From the IMG/VR virus record IMGVR_UViG_3300045988_069551: a stretch of 41,966 nt of DNA; one strand, given 5' to 3'. Positions 30,022 to 40,237 of this stretch are shown here, one piece after another. The position numbers were made by a program, and so were the translations under genes. This DNA is from a virus. The notes beneath the pieces are model-generated. The model was not told the origin of the DNA and ran no database searches. It saw only the letters and a program-made list of their open reading frames with translations. The number at the start of each line of letters is the position of its first letter. The first letter of the stretch is position 1.

Positions 30022-32130
30022 TTAAGCTGTCAAACCAATAATATTATTTCCGTTTATATCCAATATGTTGTTTCCGTTGTGATCAAGTATTGGTGATTCA
30101 TCCCATATAAGGAATTTACACTCAAAATCCGCAGCCATTGTTACATCACTCCCCGACAAGGTTAGTGAATACCCTGTGATTTGCTTTCCATTCCATTCTC
30201 TATCGCCCGAATCATCTTCTGATAATCTGGTCCATACGAAATGATCCGGCCCGAATGTATTCGTAACCTCGGTGTTGCTTGCGTATAGTCTGGCGTGGAT
30301 CGTTGCCGTCTCTCCGTCACCCGTATGACCGCCCTCTACATAGGTCTGCAAGATATATCCACCACCCGAAGCAGATATGCTGTCAATCTCCTCCTGCATG
30401 CTGTCGAACTTTGCCGATATGGTCTGGCTGGTTCCATCAACAACAACTTTACTCCCCATAATCTGCACATTGCTGCTATTGATGTTCTGCACCAGCGTCT
30501 GGACATTGACCTTATATCCGCTGATACTGGCATCATCTGCCACCATCGAGTCCTTGATTATCGGCGCCTTAATGCCCGCGGCAGACACGCCATTGAGGGC
30601 ATCGAACATCGTATTACCTTCCGGATCCACGATATAGTAATTAAACGCTCCGCCTGAATCAAGACCGGCCTGCATCCTTATTCTTCCATCAGTGTCCATC
30701 CACTGCTGAGTTGCCCCGAATATCTTCATCCCGCCGGAAGCATCAGACCATATTTGGAATTTGTTTGTGTAGATTGTACCAGCCAGCAGATCATTCACGG
30801 TCACGGACTGCATCACCGCGCTTTTTATCAGCGCACTTTCGATCACTGCATTCTGAGAAGTCAGGTGTATATTCGTCAGATCTCCTACTCCCGCATTCCC
30901 CGACAGCAGATTTTCAATATTTCCAATATTGATATTGGCAGTATTTATTTTTGCATTTATTGCCGTCAGCTCTTCGGTCTGTATTTTTGTTATGATGGCA
31001 TTGGTTGCTTCTAAATCCGTTATCTTTGCATAGGTGATGTTAGCCACATTGACATCCAACTTATTAACGATTGCATGATCTACTAAGGCAAGTTGTACGG
31101 CATAACGCTCTATTGCCTGCGTAACAGGGCCCTTAAATCCTTGTTGCTCTTCTGTTTCGGATTCCCCCGGAGCTTCCACGCTGGTGGTCAGCCCGCCATC
31201 AAAATCTTGCGTCATGCTCATGACCGGAACAGAATAGATGTGGTCATCCCGATCCGACACCTTAATGATGTCCCACGGATCTATCCGAGGATCCCCTAGA
31301 AACCGAAGGCTTCCAGGCATGTAGCTGAACCCTTTCAGGGCCGCCGCCACACTGTTTAAGATACTCTGGGTCATTAACGGGTTGGATATTGTAAGTTCTC
31401 GGTTTCCACTGCCGGCGGTTATAGAGATGCTTTCTCCGTTTTGGTCTTTTCCCGTATAGCAAACGATTCTCTGAAACGTATATGGAAAATCGTTATGTTT
31501 AAAAGTGTCCCAGTATCTTGCAGGAGCAATATTTATGTTGGATACTACATACTTCTTTATTTCAATTTGCCCCTGGCGGTTGCATATAGCAAACCCCGCA
31601 TACATTTGTGATATATAAGAAAGAACCTCTCTACAGGTGTAACCATCCGGGCGTTTTATTGTTATTGAACTAAGTCCTCCTGTTGCTATCGGAACCTTAA
31701 GGAAAGCAGACATTTCGTTCAGCACTGCGATTGTCGTTGTAGCTGCAGGTAATGATGAAAAATATCCTCTGTCTGCCTTTAGCATCCTATCAAAAGCCGT
31801 GAATTTAATCATGTCCTCGTCAGCCTCAGGCTTCCCTGCAGTAAAATACCCCATCGGAACAAATTCTTCCACAGTTGCAGAAATATCAGCTCCTATACGC
31901 CATTCAAGTTCTTCATTTTCTATGAATATGGATGGCTTTTCCATTTCTACTTCTATGTACTGACTGATGCAACTGCCAATAATAAAAGAGGTTCCACTAT
32001 TGGAACCCCCTTTTAATGTAATACTTTTAATGCCTGATTCAATTTCATTTTCGCCGAGAATTAATTTGCTTTTAAACGTCCGGGAATCTTTCTGCACCAA
32101 TTCCGTAAACGCCGCTGAGGATTGATACAT
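30022..32130 (-). CDS. Tail tip / baseplate protein (Tal or receptor-binding protein candidate)
   Basis: 702 aa, the largest ORF after the tape measure, in the distal tail module. Confidence 0.65.
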   Translation of the reverse strand: MYQSSAAFTELVQKDSRTFKSKLILGENEIESGIKSITLKGGSNSGTSFIIGSCISQYIEVEMEKPSIFIENEELEWRIGADISATVEEFVPMGYFTAGKPEADEDMIKFTAFDRMLKADRGYFSSLPAATTTIAVLNEMSAFLKVPIATGGLSSITIKRPDGYTCREVLSYISQMYAGFAICNRQGQIEIKKYVVSNINIAPARYWDTFKHNDFPYTFQRIVCYTGKDQNGESISITAGSGNRELTISNPLMTQSILNSVAAALKGFSYMPGSLRFLGDPRIDPWDIIKVSDRDDHIYSVPVMSMTQDFDGGLTTSVEAPGESETEEQQGFKGPVTQAIERYAVQLALVDHAIVNKLDVNVANITYAKITDLEATNAIITKIQTEELTAINAKINTANINIGNIENLLSGNAGVGDLTNIHLTSQNAVIESALIKSAVMQSVTVNDLLAGTIYTNKFQIWSDASGGMKIFGATQQWMDTDGRIRMQAGLDSGGAFNYYIVDPEGNTMFDALNGVSAAGIKAPIIKDSMVADDASISGYKVNVQTLVQNINSSNVQIMGSKVVVDGTSQTISAKFDSMQEEIDSISASGGGYILQTYVEGGHTGDGETATIHARLYASNTEVTNTFGPDHFVWTRLSEDDSGDREWNGKQITGYSLTLSGSDVTMAADFECKFLIWDESPILDHNGNNILDINGNNIIGLTA

Positions 32131-32146
32131 TATCTCACCCCCGATA

Positions 32147-32533
32147 CTACTCCATCATCAGATCCAACAAGGTAATGTCCTGGACAGACAATGAATCGAA
32201 CTGTTCTAAGTCGCACTTCTCAATTTCATCAATTGTAACCGTATGAAGCTGCATCTCATTTTCTATTGCCAACAGTTCATTCATTTCCCGCTCATATGCC
32301 ACAATATCCGCAATGATATATGATCCATCATCTACTCTGAATTTTCCGGAGTCATCCTTCTCAGCATATTTTCCAAGTATCTTCTGTCTTTCCTCCTCAT
32401 AGGATGTCGCTATCGGTTCCATGATCTTAATGTTACGTGAAATCGCATACCCCAGTTTAATTGGAAGTTTTTTTTCTTTAAGATTCATTATCCCATTTAT
32501 GAAATTGACTATTTGACTGTTTTTGATTTTCAT
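32147..32533 (-). CDS. Hypothetical tail-module protein
   Basis: 128 aa. Start overlaps the upstream stop by 1 nt (translational coupling). Confidence 0.65.
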   Translation of the reverse strand: MKIKNSQIVNFINGIMNLKEKKLPIKLGYAISRNIKIMEPIATSYEEERQKILGKYAEKDDSGKFRVDDGSYIIADIVAYEREMNELLAIENEMQLHTVTIDEIEKCDLEQFDSLSVQDITLLDLMME

Positions 32534-32769
32534 TACTGCGCTACCTCCGTATGGATGGAATCTTCTATCTCATAGACCATCTGATCAAATGCAGCCATAT
32601 CCTGCCTGCACTCGGTTTTGTTTGTCTCATATAATGCTTTGTCCTGTATGCTACTGGAATGGCTGGTTGTGCCTCCATCCGTAGATACATTTGCCTGCAT
32701 ATAGACCACAGGCTTATCATTAATCATGCTATTTCCTGACAGGTTAATAGTTTTGCTTGTCTTTAACAT
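32533..32769 (-). CDS. Hypothetical tail-module protein
   Basis: 78 aa. SD AGGAGGAAAAA before the ATG. Confidence 0.6.
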   Translation of the reverse strand: MLKTSKTINLSGNSMINDKPVVYMQANVSTDGGTTSHSSSIQDKALYETNKTECRQDMAAFDQMVYEIEDSIHTEVAQ

Positions 32770-32778
32770 TTTTTCCTC

Positions 32779-33129
32779 CTATTTTTGAATTATATCGACA
32801 CTAACGCTCCGATACCAAAATATCCCATCTCCCAGTTGTCCTAACTGCTCTTTTGATAACGTACCGCGATAGCTTGTGATTGTAATGTCCGTACCATTGT
32901 CATGGAATGTAAATGGGAAAAAACCTGCCACTAAATAATTCTTTATGGTGACAAGCTCACTCTCTTGTAAAAATTCCCACTTTATTTTCACAGATTTTTT
33001 CTCCGCTATTATATCCCCTATCATCTCTGCGTTGGCAGCTCTTCCTGTATTCTTCGACCAGATAATCTGATCTTCCACGGAAATGGACACTGGAGCCGGA
33101 AGGTCAACACCAGCCCTACAAATTATCAA
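32779..33129 (-). CDS. Short distal-tail-protein candidate
   Basis: 116 aa immediately after the tape measure. TTG start 6 nt after AAGGAGGGG. Confidence 0.55.
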   Translation of the reverse strand: MIICRAGVDLPAPVSISVEDQIIWSKNTGRAANAEMIGDIIAEKKSVKIKWEFLQESELVTIKNYLVAGFFPFTFHDNGTDITITSYRGTLSKEQLGQLGDGIFWYRSVSVDIIQK

Positions 33130-33143
33130 TATCTTCCCCTCCT

Positions 33144-36100
33144 TTACGTTAACAACTCACATTTTCCTGTCGCTTGTGTATTTTTGTTTGTTGTTTTTAT
33201 AAAGTACTTTCTCAAAGATTCCTCATCTATCTTCACAATGTCAAGCGTCTGCAGTAGCAATATGATTTTTTCCAATAGTTGGATTACTTCCGCTGACATC
33301 CCTTCATTTCCGGTATTTTGCTGGTTTCGCATTTCATCACTGATACGCTTAATCCATTCCCGGTTATGTTCTAACGGCACCACTGCCTCTTTCCCGTCTT
33401 CTCCCATCATTGCAAGGGTCGGATGATCAATCACGCCGCCTTTTGCGAGATACGGTATTTTACCTGGTGACCAGGTGGGGAGGTTGAATCCGATAGATTT
33501 ACCGCCAATACCTGGGACCCAACTGGGTATTGTAACTTTTAATTTGTTCAGCATTTTCGCAACCGCGTTTACTGCTGTTGCAACCCCGCCTATAAGTCCA
33601 TTTAGTATGGCGATAATTCCATTAATCGGACTTTTTACTATACCAGATAGACCGTCAAACACGCCCTTAAAAATGTTTTTTATTCCCTCCCAAGCACGCT
33701 TCCAGTCCCCCGTAAATACACCTGCCACAAAGTCTATTATTCCTTTAAAAATCAGCTTGATTGAGTTCCATATATCTGAGATACTTTTAAAGAACGCATT
33801 GAATACTTTACCAATCACTCCAAAATTTTTTGTCCAATCTCTCGTGAATATCCCCGATAAAAATTCTCTAAACTCATTGAATTTCTGCTTAACAAAATCC
33901 CACACTTCTTTCGCTTTCGTAGAAATTTTGTCCCAATTTTTCCAGAGTAGGATGCCTATTGCTATTGCCGCTGCAATTGCAATGGTAACTGGGCCGCCTA
34001 AAGCCGTTGTAACCAAGCTCAGCGCGCCAGCAACACTTTTTATGGAGCCTACAATATTAATAATTGTGGTAACCAAGCCTACTGCTTTAGTTACAAATTC
34101 CCCGATTTTCCATGCAGCGAAAAATGATCCTACAACAATTGCAATATTCTGTATAGTGGTTTGATGTTCCTGGCACCAGTCTGAAAACTTTTTCAGCAAA
34201 TCTGTTATGGTTTTCATGACAGAAATAAAAAGACCACCTGTAAATTCGGCTAATGGCTGAAGGAAATTATCAAACAGCCAAGTACCAAGAGGCTTCAGAG
34301 CATCTATGACAGCATTCACAGCCCCAATTGCCGCGGCTAACATGTCTAAAAATGTAGGCACCGCAGTTTGGATTGTCCATCCTGCAATCGGTAATAATAC
34401 ATTATTCCAGAACCACTCCAGCCCCGCCCCTATGTTTGACGTGAGTGGCTCCAGCGCTTGCAACAGGCCGTGGATTGATGTAAGGAGAGGCGTGAAGTTT
34501 AGTTTTCCGGACCATTCTACAGTCGCTCCGGATATGTTTCGAATAGTGCCAAGGATTATATTAAACAGGTTGAATATGCTTTGGATAATTTTTGTACCAG
34601 TACTATTCTTCTCCCAGGCATCCTGCAGGCCGGAAGCAATATTACCGATTATCTTAAATATATTTTGGAAAATAACAAGCAAATTTGTCAGCATTAACTC
34701 CCCGGTTCCATTTGTCCACACTTTCAGAAAACTTCGCCCAATACTCTTAACAAGATCCCAGACACTGCTAAGAGCGTACTTCATGCTGGAAATTGTAGCC
34801 TTTCCTTCCCTGTCCCATGCCTGCTTAAATGGTTCAAAAATTTTGCTCATTATATCCTTGAATTTTTTAACCCAAGGTAACGTTGCAGCATCTAACGCAG
34901 CCATATTAGGGGGCTGAATCAAGACAGGTGCATTGCTGTCATCTGCACTTCCGGATCCATCTGAATCAGAATTGTCACTTAGTTTCTCGATTTTATCAAA
35001 CCCTAAGATATCACGCTGCGCGGCCTTTGCTGCTTTGCCGGCTGCTGTTGCATCTCCGCCCGCCTTTTTCGCTGCGTTTCCATAGGCTCCCATAGCATCC
35101 TTTGCAGCTATAAGCGATTTTGTATTTTCAAAGCTTTGCTGGAATGATTTTCCAAACAGCAAACTAATAAAGCTAGCAACGTAGCTTGTTGCCGTAGCGA
35201 TCGCGCTCATCAATGCATTGATAGCAGGTAAAATTGCATTATAGATTGGAGTAAAAGCAACCATAAGATTCGATTTTATCAAATTCAAAGAAGAAACAAA
35301 CTGCTCATTAGTATTCAACGATGATATCAGGCTGGTCGTTAAGGCTTTTATGCCGCTTGCAATGCCCGGAAGAATAACCATCCATTTCATCATTTGCCCC
35401 AGGCTGTTCCCAATTCCACCACCGAAAGAATTGACATTAACACTGGCCTTTTTAGAATGCCGTCCAATGTTATTAAAACCCTGCCCGATACGGCTTAATA
35501 AAGACGGAGACTTCTTTCCTGCGGAATTAAATCTGCCCAATATTGAGGACATGCCAGACATTTTTGATGTTGCGGCTTTAATAGCATTTGCTGAAGCATT
35601 CTGTGCCTGGCTAAATTCACTAGCCTGTCTCTCCAATTTTTCATACTTTGCCCCAAGAGTATCCATCTTTCCAGTAAGGGAATTAATAGCAGATTCTTCA
35701 TTCAGAATCTTGTTGTGGATGGTAGCCTTTACGTCTGGATTAAAGGCCCGGTTATATGACTCCCGTAGATCCTTTAATTTCTGTTTGTGGGATCTTATTT
35801 TGCTCTCAAGATTATCCATTGTTCGTTTTACAGTTTCCATCTCAGATGATACTCTGTCGATATTTAACGTAGGGGGCGCTCTGGGTGTAGCTGCAACAGG
35901 GATTTTAGTGGATGCCTTCTGTGCAACAGGCTCAGCACTCACAGGAGCCGTGGAAGGTGTTTTCAATTTAAATGTATTCAGAATACTACGCGCGAGATTT
36001 CTTGATTTCTGCCCAATATTGTTGATGGTATCCCCTGCAATTTTGCCTGTATCGCTGAAGGTCTTCTTAATCATATCGGTTGTATTCTTCATCATGCTTT

Positions 36101-36341
36101 GAGTGGTTTTATTGACATTACCCGTTGCCCTCTTCATTGTACCTTCAATTGTCTTTTCGACACTTTTCATTGCAGTATCGGTGCTCTTTCCTGTATTATT
36201 GAATACTTTCTTGACTGATTTATTTAGAGTCCTTCTTAAGCGATCCCCGATACTAGAGGATACTGAATTAATCTCATTTAGCAGATCCGATTTAACTTCC
36301 AGATCCAGACTGATTTTTCCAACGCTTTCTCCCATGTCCAC
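33144..36341 (-). CDS. Tape measure protein
   Basis: 1065 aa. Helical, Ala/Gly/Ile-rich central TM-like segments. Lies between the chaperone genes and the distal tail genes. Confidence 0.9.
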   Translation of the reverse strand: MDMGESVGKISLDLEVKSDLLNEINSVSSSIGDRLRRTLNKSVKKVFNNTGKSTDTAMKSVEKTIEGTMKRATGNVNKTTQSMMKNTTDMIKKTFSDTGKIAGDTINNIGQKSRNLARSILNTFKLKTPSTAPVSAEPVAQKASTKIPVAATPRAPPTLNIDRVSSEMETVKRTMDNLESKIRSHKQKLKDLRESYNRAFNPDVKATIHNKILNEESAINSLTGKMDTLGAKYEKLERQASEFSQAQNASANAIKAATSKMSGMSSILGRFNSAGKKSPSLLSRIGQGFNNIGRHSKKASVNVNSFGGGIGNSLGQMMKWMVILPGIASGIKALTTSLISSLNTNEQFVSSLNLIKSNLMVAFTPIYNAILPAINALMSAIATATSYVASFISLLFGKSFQQSFENTKSLIAAKDAMGAYGNAAKKAGGDATAAGKAAKAAQRDILGFDKIEKLSDNSDSDGSGSADDSNAPVLIQPPNMAALDAATLPWVKKFKDIMSKIFEPFKQAWDREGKATISSMKYALSSVWDLVKSIGRSFLKVWTNGTGELMLTNLLVIFQNIFKIIGNIASGLQDAWEKNSTGTKIIQSIFNLFNIILGTIRNISGATVEWSGKLNFTPLLTSIHGLLQALEPLTSNIGAGLEWFWNNVLLPIAGWTIQTAVPTFLDMLAAAIGAVNAVIDALKPLGTWLFDNFLQPLAEFTGGLFISVMKTITDLLKKFSDWCQEHQTTIQNIAIVVGSFFAAWKIGEFVTKAVGLVTTIINIVGSIKSVAGALSLVTTALGGPVTIAIAAAIAIGILLWKNWDKISTKAKEVWDFVKQKFNEFREFLSGIFTRDWTKNFGVIGKVFNAFFKSISDIWNSIKLIFKGIIDFVAGVFTGDWKRAWEGIKNIFKGVFDGLSGIVKSPINGIIAILNGLIGGVATAVNAVAKMLNKLKVTIPSWVPGIGGKSIGFNLPTWSPGKIPYLAKGGVIDHPTLAMMGEDGKEAVVPLEHNREWIKRISDEMRNQQNTGNEGMSAEVIQLLEKIILLLQTLDIVKIDEESLRKYFIKTTNKNTQATGKCELLT

Positions 36342-36359
36342 TCCTCCCTTCCTATAATT

Positions 36360-36782
36360 TTACCCGAAGGTTTCAGCAAGCATATTTTGCAATATTGATA
36401 CAGATTCTTCTTTTTCTTCGACCGTCATGTTTTCGGTGATTGGGTGCCTACTACGCCATGTATTTCTTATACTCATTTGTTCAGAGGTAAAACTCGCCAG
36501 CATATCTTTGTCTTCTTCTGCCCTGATTTTTACAATCATCCCCAATGGAGTATCTGGCATAATTCCGGTAAGCAGAGTGCAAAACTCTCCCCACTCCATT
36601 ACCGCAATGTCATCTTCTCGTAACTTATACTGCAATGCAAATGATGATACGATCAGATCCCAGTCTTCGTACAGATCGTACCACTTATTTACGTTTCTTC
36701 CCCTTTTCCTGAAATCGGCCACCTTCCGCCATCTCCTCCACTTCTTCGAGGGATGAGTCTGCAAGGGCTGCCATAATAACAT
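36360..36782 (-). CDS. Tail assembly chaperone, T-type (Gp15-like) reading frame
   Basis: The frame opens at 36785 just after TGA-TAA and overlaps the end of the G-type ORF by about 100 nt. No SD before its ATG, so it is probably expressed as a frameshift extension of 36685-37038. Confidence 0.6.
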   Translation of the reverse strand: MLLWQPLQTHPSKKWRRWRKVADFRKRGRNVNKWYDLYEDWDLIVSSFALQYKLREDDIAVMEWGEFCTLLTGIMPDTPLGMIVKIRAEEDKDMLASFTSEQMSIRNTWRSRHPITENMTVEEKEESVSILQNMLAETFG

Positions 36783-37038
36783 TGATTATCATGGTATATG
36801 CCGGCATTGTAAGCTCCTGCGCTTCTACATAGGCTGCAGCTTCTTCACCCAGTGCGATTACAATAATCTTTTTCAGGATTTCGAATTCTCCTAAGCTTTT
36901 ATCATTCTGCAGTGCTTCGATCATCATTGCTGCAGGAGCAGTGTTGTTGATCTTAAATACATGTTCATCATCGATGGATACTGTTGGTTTCTGGTTCCTC
37001 TCTGCTAACTTTTTTGCGATATCGTATTGTCTTGCCAT
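36685..37038 (-). CDS. Tail assembly chaperone, G-type
   Basis: 117 aa between the major tail protein and the tape measure. SD AGGAGGATTAATGTA before the ATG. Confidence 0.75.
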   Translation of the reverse strand: MARQYDIAKKLAERNQKPTVSIDDEHVFKINNTAPAAMMIEALQNDKSLGEFEILKKIIVIALGEEAAAYVEAQELTMPAYTMIINVIMAALADSSLEEVEEMAEGGRFQEKGKKRK

Positions 37039-37058
37039 TACATTAATCCTCCTAATTA

Positions 37059-37517
37059 CTATTCCGAAGCCGATGCCGGCGTATAAACTGGTTTGCCGTC
37101 ACCCTGCATGGTAAATTCCAATGGTGCTACATTGGTGGAGTCACCTCCGCCTACATTAGTTACGTTAATAACACAATCAAACGACAACTTTGCACCGTCA
37201 GGAAATTCAATCTGGCCTTTTGTGGAACAGTCCAGTCCATCTTTCCATGCGGTATTTGCAACATAATCGTTCCCTTTATCGCCGACACACCTTTTGCCTT
37301 TCATTTCAATACTGAATTTCTTGCCGGTCATAAGGCCCCTGGCCCACCCAAAAGTTGTCATAGGCGTCCAATCTTCTACGCCTCCATCAATACTAATACC
37401 AAAACTCTCAAGATCTGAGATTTCAGCCATATCTTCTTCAGTGCTTGATTTCCCTTTTGTCCCAACTTTAAATTTTAAATTATAAACCGGGAATACTCCT
37501 GTAAATGCCATATTCAT
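37059..37517 (-). CDS. Major tail protein
   Basis: 152 aa, directly upstream of the chaperone pair. Beta-rich sequence typical of siphoviral tail tube proteins. Confidence 0.75.
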   Translation of the reverse strand: MNMAFTGVFPVYNLKFKVGTKGKSSTEEDMAEISDLESFGISIDGGVEDWTPMTTFGWARGLMTGKKFSIEMKGKRCVGDKGNDYVANTAWKDGLDCSTKGQIEFPDGAKLSFDCVINVTNVGGGDSTNVAPLEFTMQGDGKPVYTPASASE

Positions 37518-37527
37518 ACCTTCCTTT

Positions 37528-37914
37528 CTATTTCTTATAGTAAATTATAAAATTAATGACATACTCATATACGCCTTTATCATCTGTCCCAATACCAACC
37601 GGTTCAGAAGTCCTCATATCGAACTTAACAACCTCTTTTCCAGCAATTTTGCCTGATTGCCCAAATAATGCATTAAATACCTCCTGTGCTTTCTCTTCCG
37701 CTGGAGTGCAATATTTCCCCCAATGCACCAATACTGAAACTGCTTTGGTGCCATAGGATGACATACCCAGCCCCCCGATTGGGATAACTGGTACGGGCCC
37801 CTGGGTAGGATAGACTGTTATGCTATTCTCTTTCGCTTCATCCCTTTTCCCAACATACCAGTTAGGGCAATCTATTTTTGATTTCAAAAAATCTTTCACT
37901 TCTGCCAGTGTCAT
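37528..37914 (-). CDS. Neck / tail-terminator-like protein
   Basis: 128 aa. Position is equivalent to SPP1 gp17-type proteins. 4-nt overlap with the upstream gene. Confidence 0.55.
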   Translation of the reverse strand: MTLAEVKDFLKSKIDCPNWYVGKRDEAKENSITVYPTQGPVPVIPIGGLGMSSYGTKAVSVLVHWGKYCTPAEEKAQEVFNALFGQSGKIAGKEVVKFDMRTSEPVGIGTDDKGVYEYVINFIIYYKK

Positions 37915-38294
37915 GTAATTAGCCCACCTCCCAGCTGTTTCAGGAACTTACCATAGGTATCTTTCACAAATTCTTTCTTCGGACCGTCTATGTATGTCTG
38001 CATCCATAGGCCACCTGCATATTGGTTCTTATCATGCCGAAAGCCATATTCAGGATGCCAGTAAAGCCGGCGCGCATAAGGCGTATCAAAAATTATATGT
38101 GCCACCATTGATTTCACATCAGTCTCTACAAAACCGCTTCTTTCGAGTTCCCCGTTATTTTTGGGGATAGTTTGGCTCTGTTGTGCATCAGTGAGGACTG
38201 CCTGCACGGTTAACTCAAACGCCCGCTGGCTGGCTTCCTGTAACTTTCTGATGCGATCCGGGTATAGTTTTATGTATACTTTCACACCCATCAA
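37911..38294 (-). CDS. Neck protein (HK97 gp10 / minor-capsid-2-like)
   Basis: 127 aa in the head-tail joining block, with overlapping start and stop codons. Confidence 0.55.
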   Translation of the reverse strand: MMGVKVYIKLYPDRIRKLQEASQRAFELTVQAVLTDAQQSQTIPKNNGELERSGFVETDVKSMVAHIIFDTPYARRLYWHPEYGFRHDKNQYAGGLWMQTYIDGPKKEFVKDTYGKFLKQLGGGLIT

Positions 38295-38629
38295 ACCAGC
38301 CTCAATTCCGTATAGTTTACAGAACCGTCTGGGTTACGTGCTTTGATCCCTTGGAATATCTGTCGTTCCACCCCAAAAACTGTGGCCTGTCCGCCGCTTA
38401 GCGAAGGGAGGTCAGGGGCGATGTCACCAGGGAACATTGCCACGCCAGAAAGCTGCACTTGCTTCCCCTCTGCCGTCAGGACTGTCTTCGCAGTATCTTG
38501 GTAATTACACAAGAGATCGGATTCAAAAGCCAATAACGGGCCCCCGTCTTCGCTAACGCCTTCCTGTTCTATCCGAACATGGATATGCGTAGTACATAAT
38601 TGTTTCATAACTAAACATGGATACTTCAT
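38291..38629 (-). CDS. Head closure / stopper-like protein
   Basis: 112 aa in the head-tail joining block. Confidence 0.55.
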   Translation of the reverse strand: MKYPCLVMKQLCTTHIHVRIEQEGVSEDGGPLLAFESDLLCNYQDTAKTVLTAEGKQVQLSGVAMFPGDIAPDLPSLSGGQATVFGVERQIFQGIKARNPDGSVNYTELRLV

Positions 38630-38633
38630 AGAC

Positions 38634-39029
38634 TCACCTCGCTAACCGGCAGCACAATCCGGTCTGGCACAACTGCTCATATACATCACGCCGCATAGGG
38701 ATCCCCTTTTGGGTTGTCACATTCCAGCTCTCCCCAAACTGCATGGACACCCCGTTAATGGAGTAATCCTGCAGGATCATGTCAAATATTTCGCGATTCT
38801 GATACTCAAAATCCGCCTGCATACAGCAGACTTCCTGAATATTTCCCCGCTGGAATGGAGTTAGATCAGAAAATCCCCGGCCCACAATCCGGTTGTAAGT
38901 CAGGGAATCAATGTGCCTGCTTGCCTGTTTAAGCATCTTTTCAAGATCTTCAGCCGGAACTATGCTGCCCTTGTATACTTCTGCATAATACGCAGTATCT
39001 GCATATGGTTCATAAGCCATGTTACTCAC
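38634..39029 (-). CDS. Head-tail connector / adaptor protein (gp6/gp15-like)
   Basis: 131 aa, first of the neck genes after the capsid block. Confidence 0.55.
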   Translation of the reverse strand: MSNMAYEPYADTAYYAEVYKGSIVPAEDLEKMLKQASRHIDSLTYNRIVGRGFSDLTPFQRGNIQEVCCMQADFEYQNREIFDMILQDYSINGVSMQFGESWNVTTQKGIPMRRDVYEQLCQTGLCCRLAR

Positions 39030-39312
39030 TCGCTTTCTTGGTTCCCGCCTTCTTAGGCGGTTCAGCCTCCATCACGTCGTGCACTTCTTCGGATGCCGCA
39101 GTATCCGTGGTAGATTCGAGATCTGCAACCCTCTTCCGCAGCACTTCAATCTCTGTAATGGCTCTCATGTGTTCGTCATATGGCACGGTTTTTCCTCGCC
39201 CATAAGCAACCACTTCCCCTAACTCGTTTAGAATGTCAAAACCGGCATCCTGATATCTCTTTTGCTGTGAGCCATCAATCATGTACTCCTTGTTTCCTTT
39301 TGTTGCCCTCAT
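39022..39312 (-). CDS. Hypothetical head-module protein
   Basis: 96 aa immediately downstream of the major capsid gene. SD GAGGAGGATCAGT before the ATG. Confidence 0.65.
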   Translation of the reverse strand: MRATKGNKEYMIDGSQQKRYQDAGFDILNELGEVVAYGRGKTVPYDEHMRAITEIEVLRKRVADLESTTDTAASEEVHDVMEAEPPKKAGTKKASE

Positions 39313-39324
39313 ACTGATCCTCCT

Positions 39325-40218
39325 CTACGCACCGGCTGCTTCTACGTTCATTGCACAGCCTTCGATTTTTTTCTCCAGTAGGAACAGATCACCATAATTA
39401 CGGTTCTGGTACAAATAGCCGTCTGCCGTGCGGCTGTCAGTTCCCGGCGTGAACAGTTTGATATAGCTGTATTTGTCGCGGCATACTACACAGGAGTTAT
39501 GGATCAGGATCCAGTTAATCTGCTTCGCGTCGGATGCAGCCACGCAACCGGTTGTAAAGTCATACTTTGTCTTCATTCTTGCAGCTGGCACCATCTTAAT
39601 AGTCACATCATCCAGGCTGTGCACCTTTCGATTGATTGTGGATGGAGAAGTGACTGTCATAACCCGCTGAAGCCCCTCTGCTTCCTTCACGATCTTATTT
39701 ATTGTCGGAGTCACGTACAGCACCCTGCCCTCTTCTGGTACGGCTGCTTCATCCATACGGGACATTTCTTCATCAAACGCCTCCAGGAAGTTTGCCACCG
39801 TGATTACAGTCGTATCAATCCGGCCAGAGTATGTCGTAAGCTCTGCGTGGAGCTTAGAAAACCTGTAAGAATCTTTCTCCGGGATCGCCTGCTCCGTCTC
39901 GAAGGTGTTCTGGATATTAGCCACAGACAGCGTCAAGTTTGTCTCGTCGATGTCCATCGGATCAATCCAAAACTCCACATCCCTATCGTGTTCTAGTTTC
40001 TTTGCCTCCCAGTCATTGCTCATGGTACCTGCATTGAAACCAGGTGTCCTGGTATGGTCTTTGTACCCAGATACTGTCATTCTAGGGAGTTTAATTGTCT
40101 GTGCGTTAATAAATTTCACTCCCGGATTACTCTGTGTCAGCGCATCAGAGCACAGTTCCTTTGCATATTTCTGCTGCAGGAGCTGCGTAAACGTTGTTGC
40201 ATAATCATATACTGCCAT
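39325..40218 (-). CDS. Major capsid protein
   Basis: 297 aa following the scaffold gene. Size and position match SPP1-type coat proteins. Confidence 0.8.
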   Translation of the reverse strand: MAVYDYATTFTQLLQQKYAKELCSDALTQSNPGVKFINAQTIKLPRMTVSGYKDHTRTPGFNAGTMSNDWEAKKLEHDRDVEFWIDPMDIDETNLTLSVANIQNTFETEQAIPEKDSYRFSKLHAELTTYSGRIDTTVITVANFLEAFDEEMSRMDEAAVPEEGRVLYVTPTINKIVKEAEGLQRVMTVTSPSTINRKVHSLDDVTIKMVPAARMKTKYDFTTGCVAASDAKQINWILIHNSCVVCRDKYSYIKLFTPGTDSRTADGYLYQNRNYGDLFLLEKKIEGCAMNVEAAGA

Positions 40219-40237
40219 GTATTAGTTCCTCTCTTTC

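Noticed and set aside
33184-36357. A series of long plus-strand ORFs (80-250 aa) antisense to the tape measure gene
   Set aside because: They tile the antisense strand of a single uninterrupted 1065-aa ORF. They are hydrophobic, low-complexity mirror products of the Ala/Gly/Ile-rich TMP codons and have no start signals.
36697-36710. The canonical -1 slippery heptamer A AAG GGG near the end of the G-type chaperone ORF
   Set aside because: A -1 shift here reads AAA GGG GAA GAA ACG TAA and terminates at once. The T-type frame is +1, so this site cannot generate the G-T fusion.
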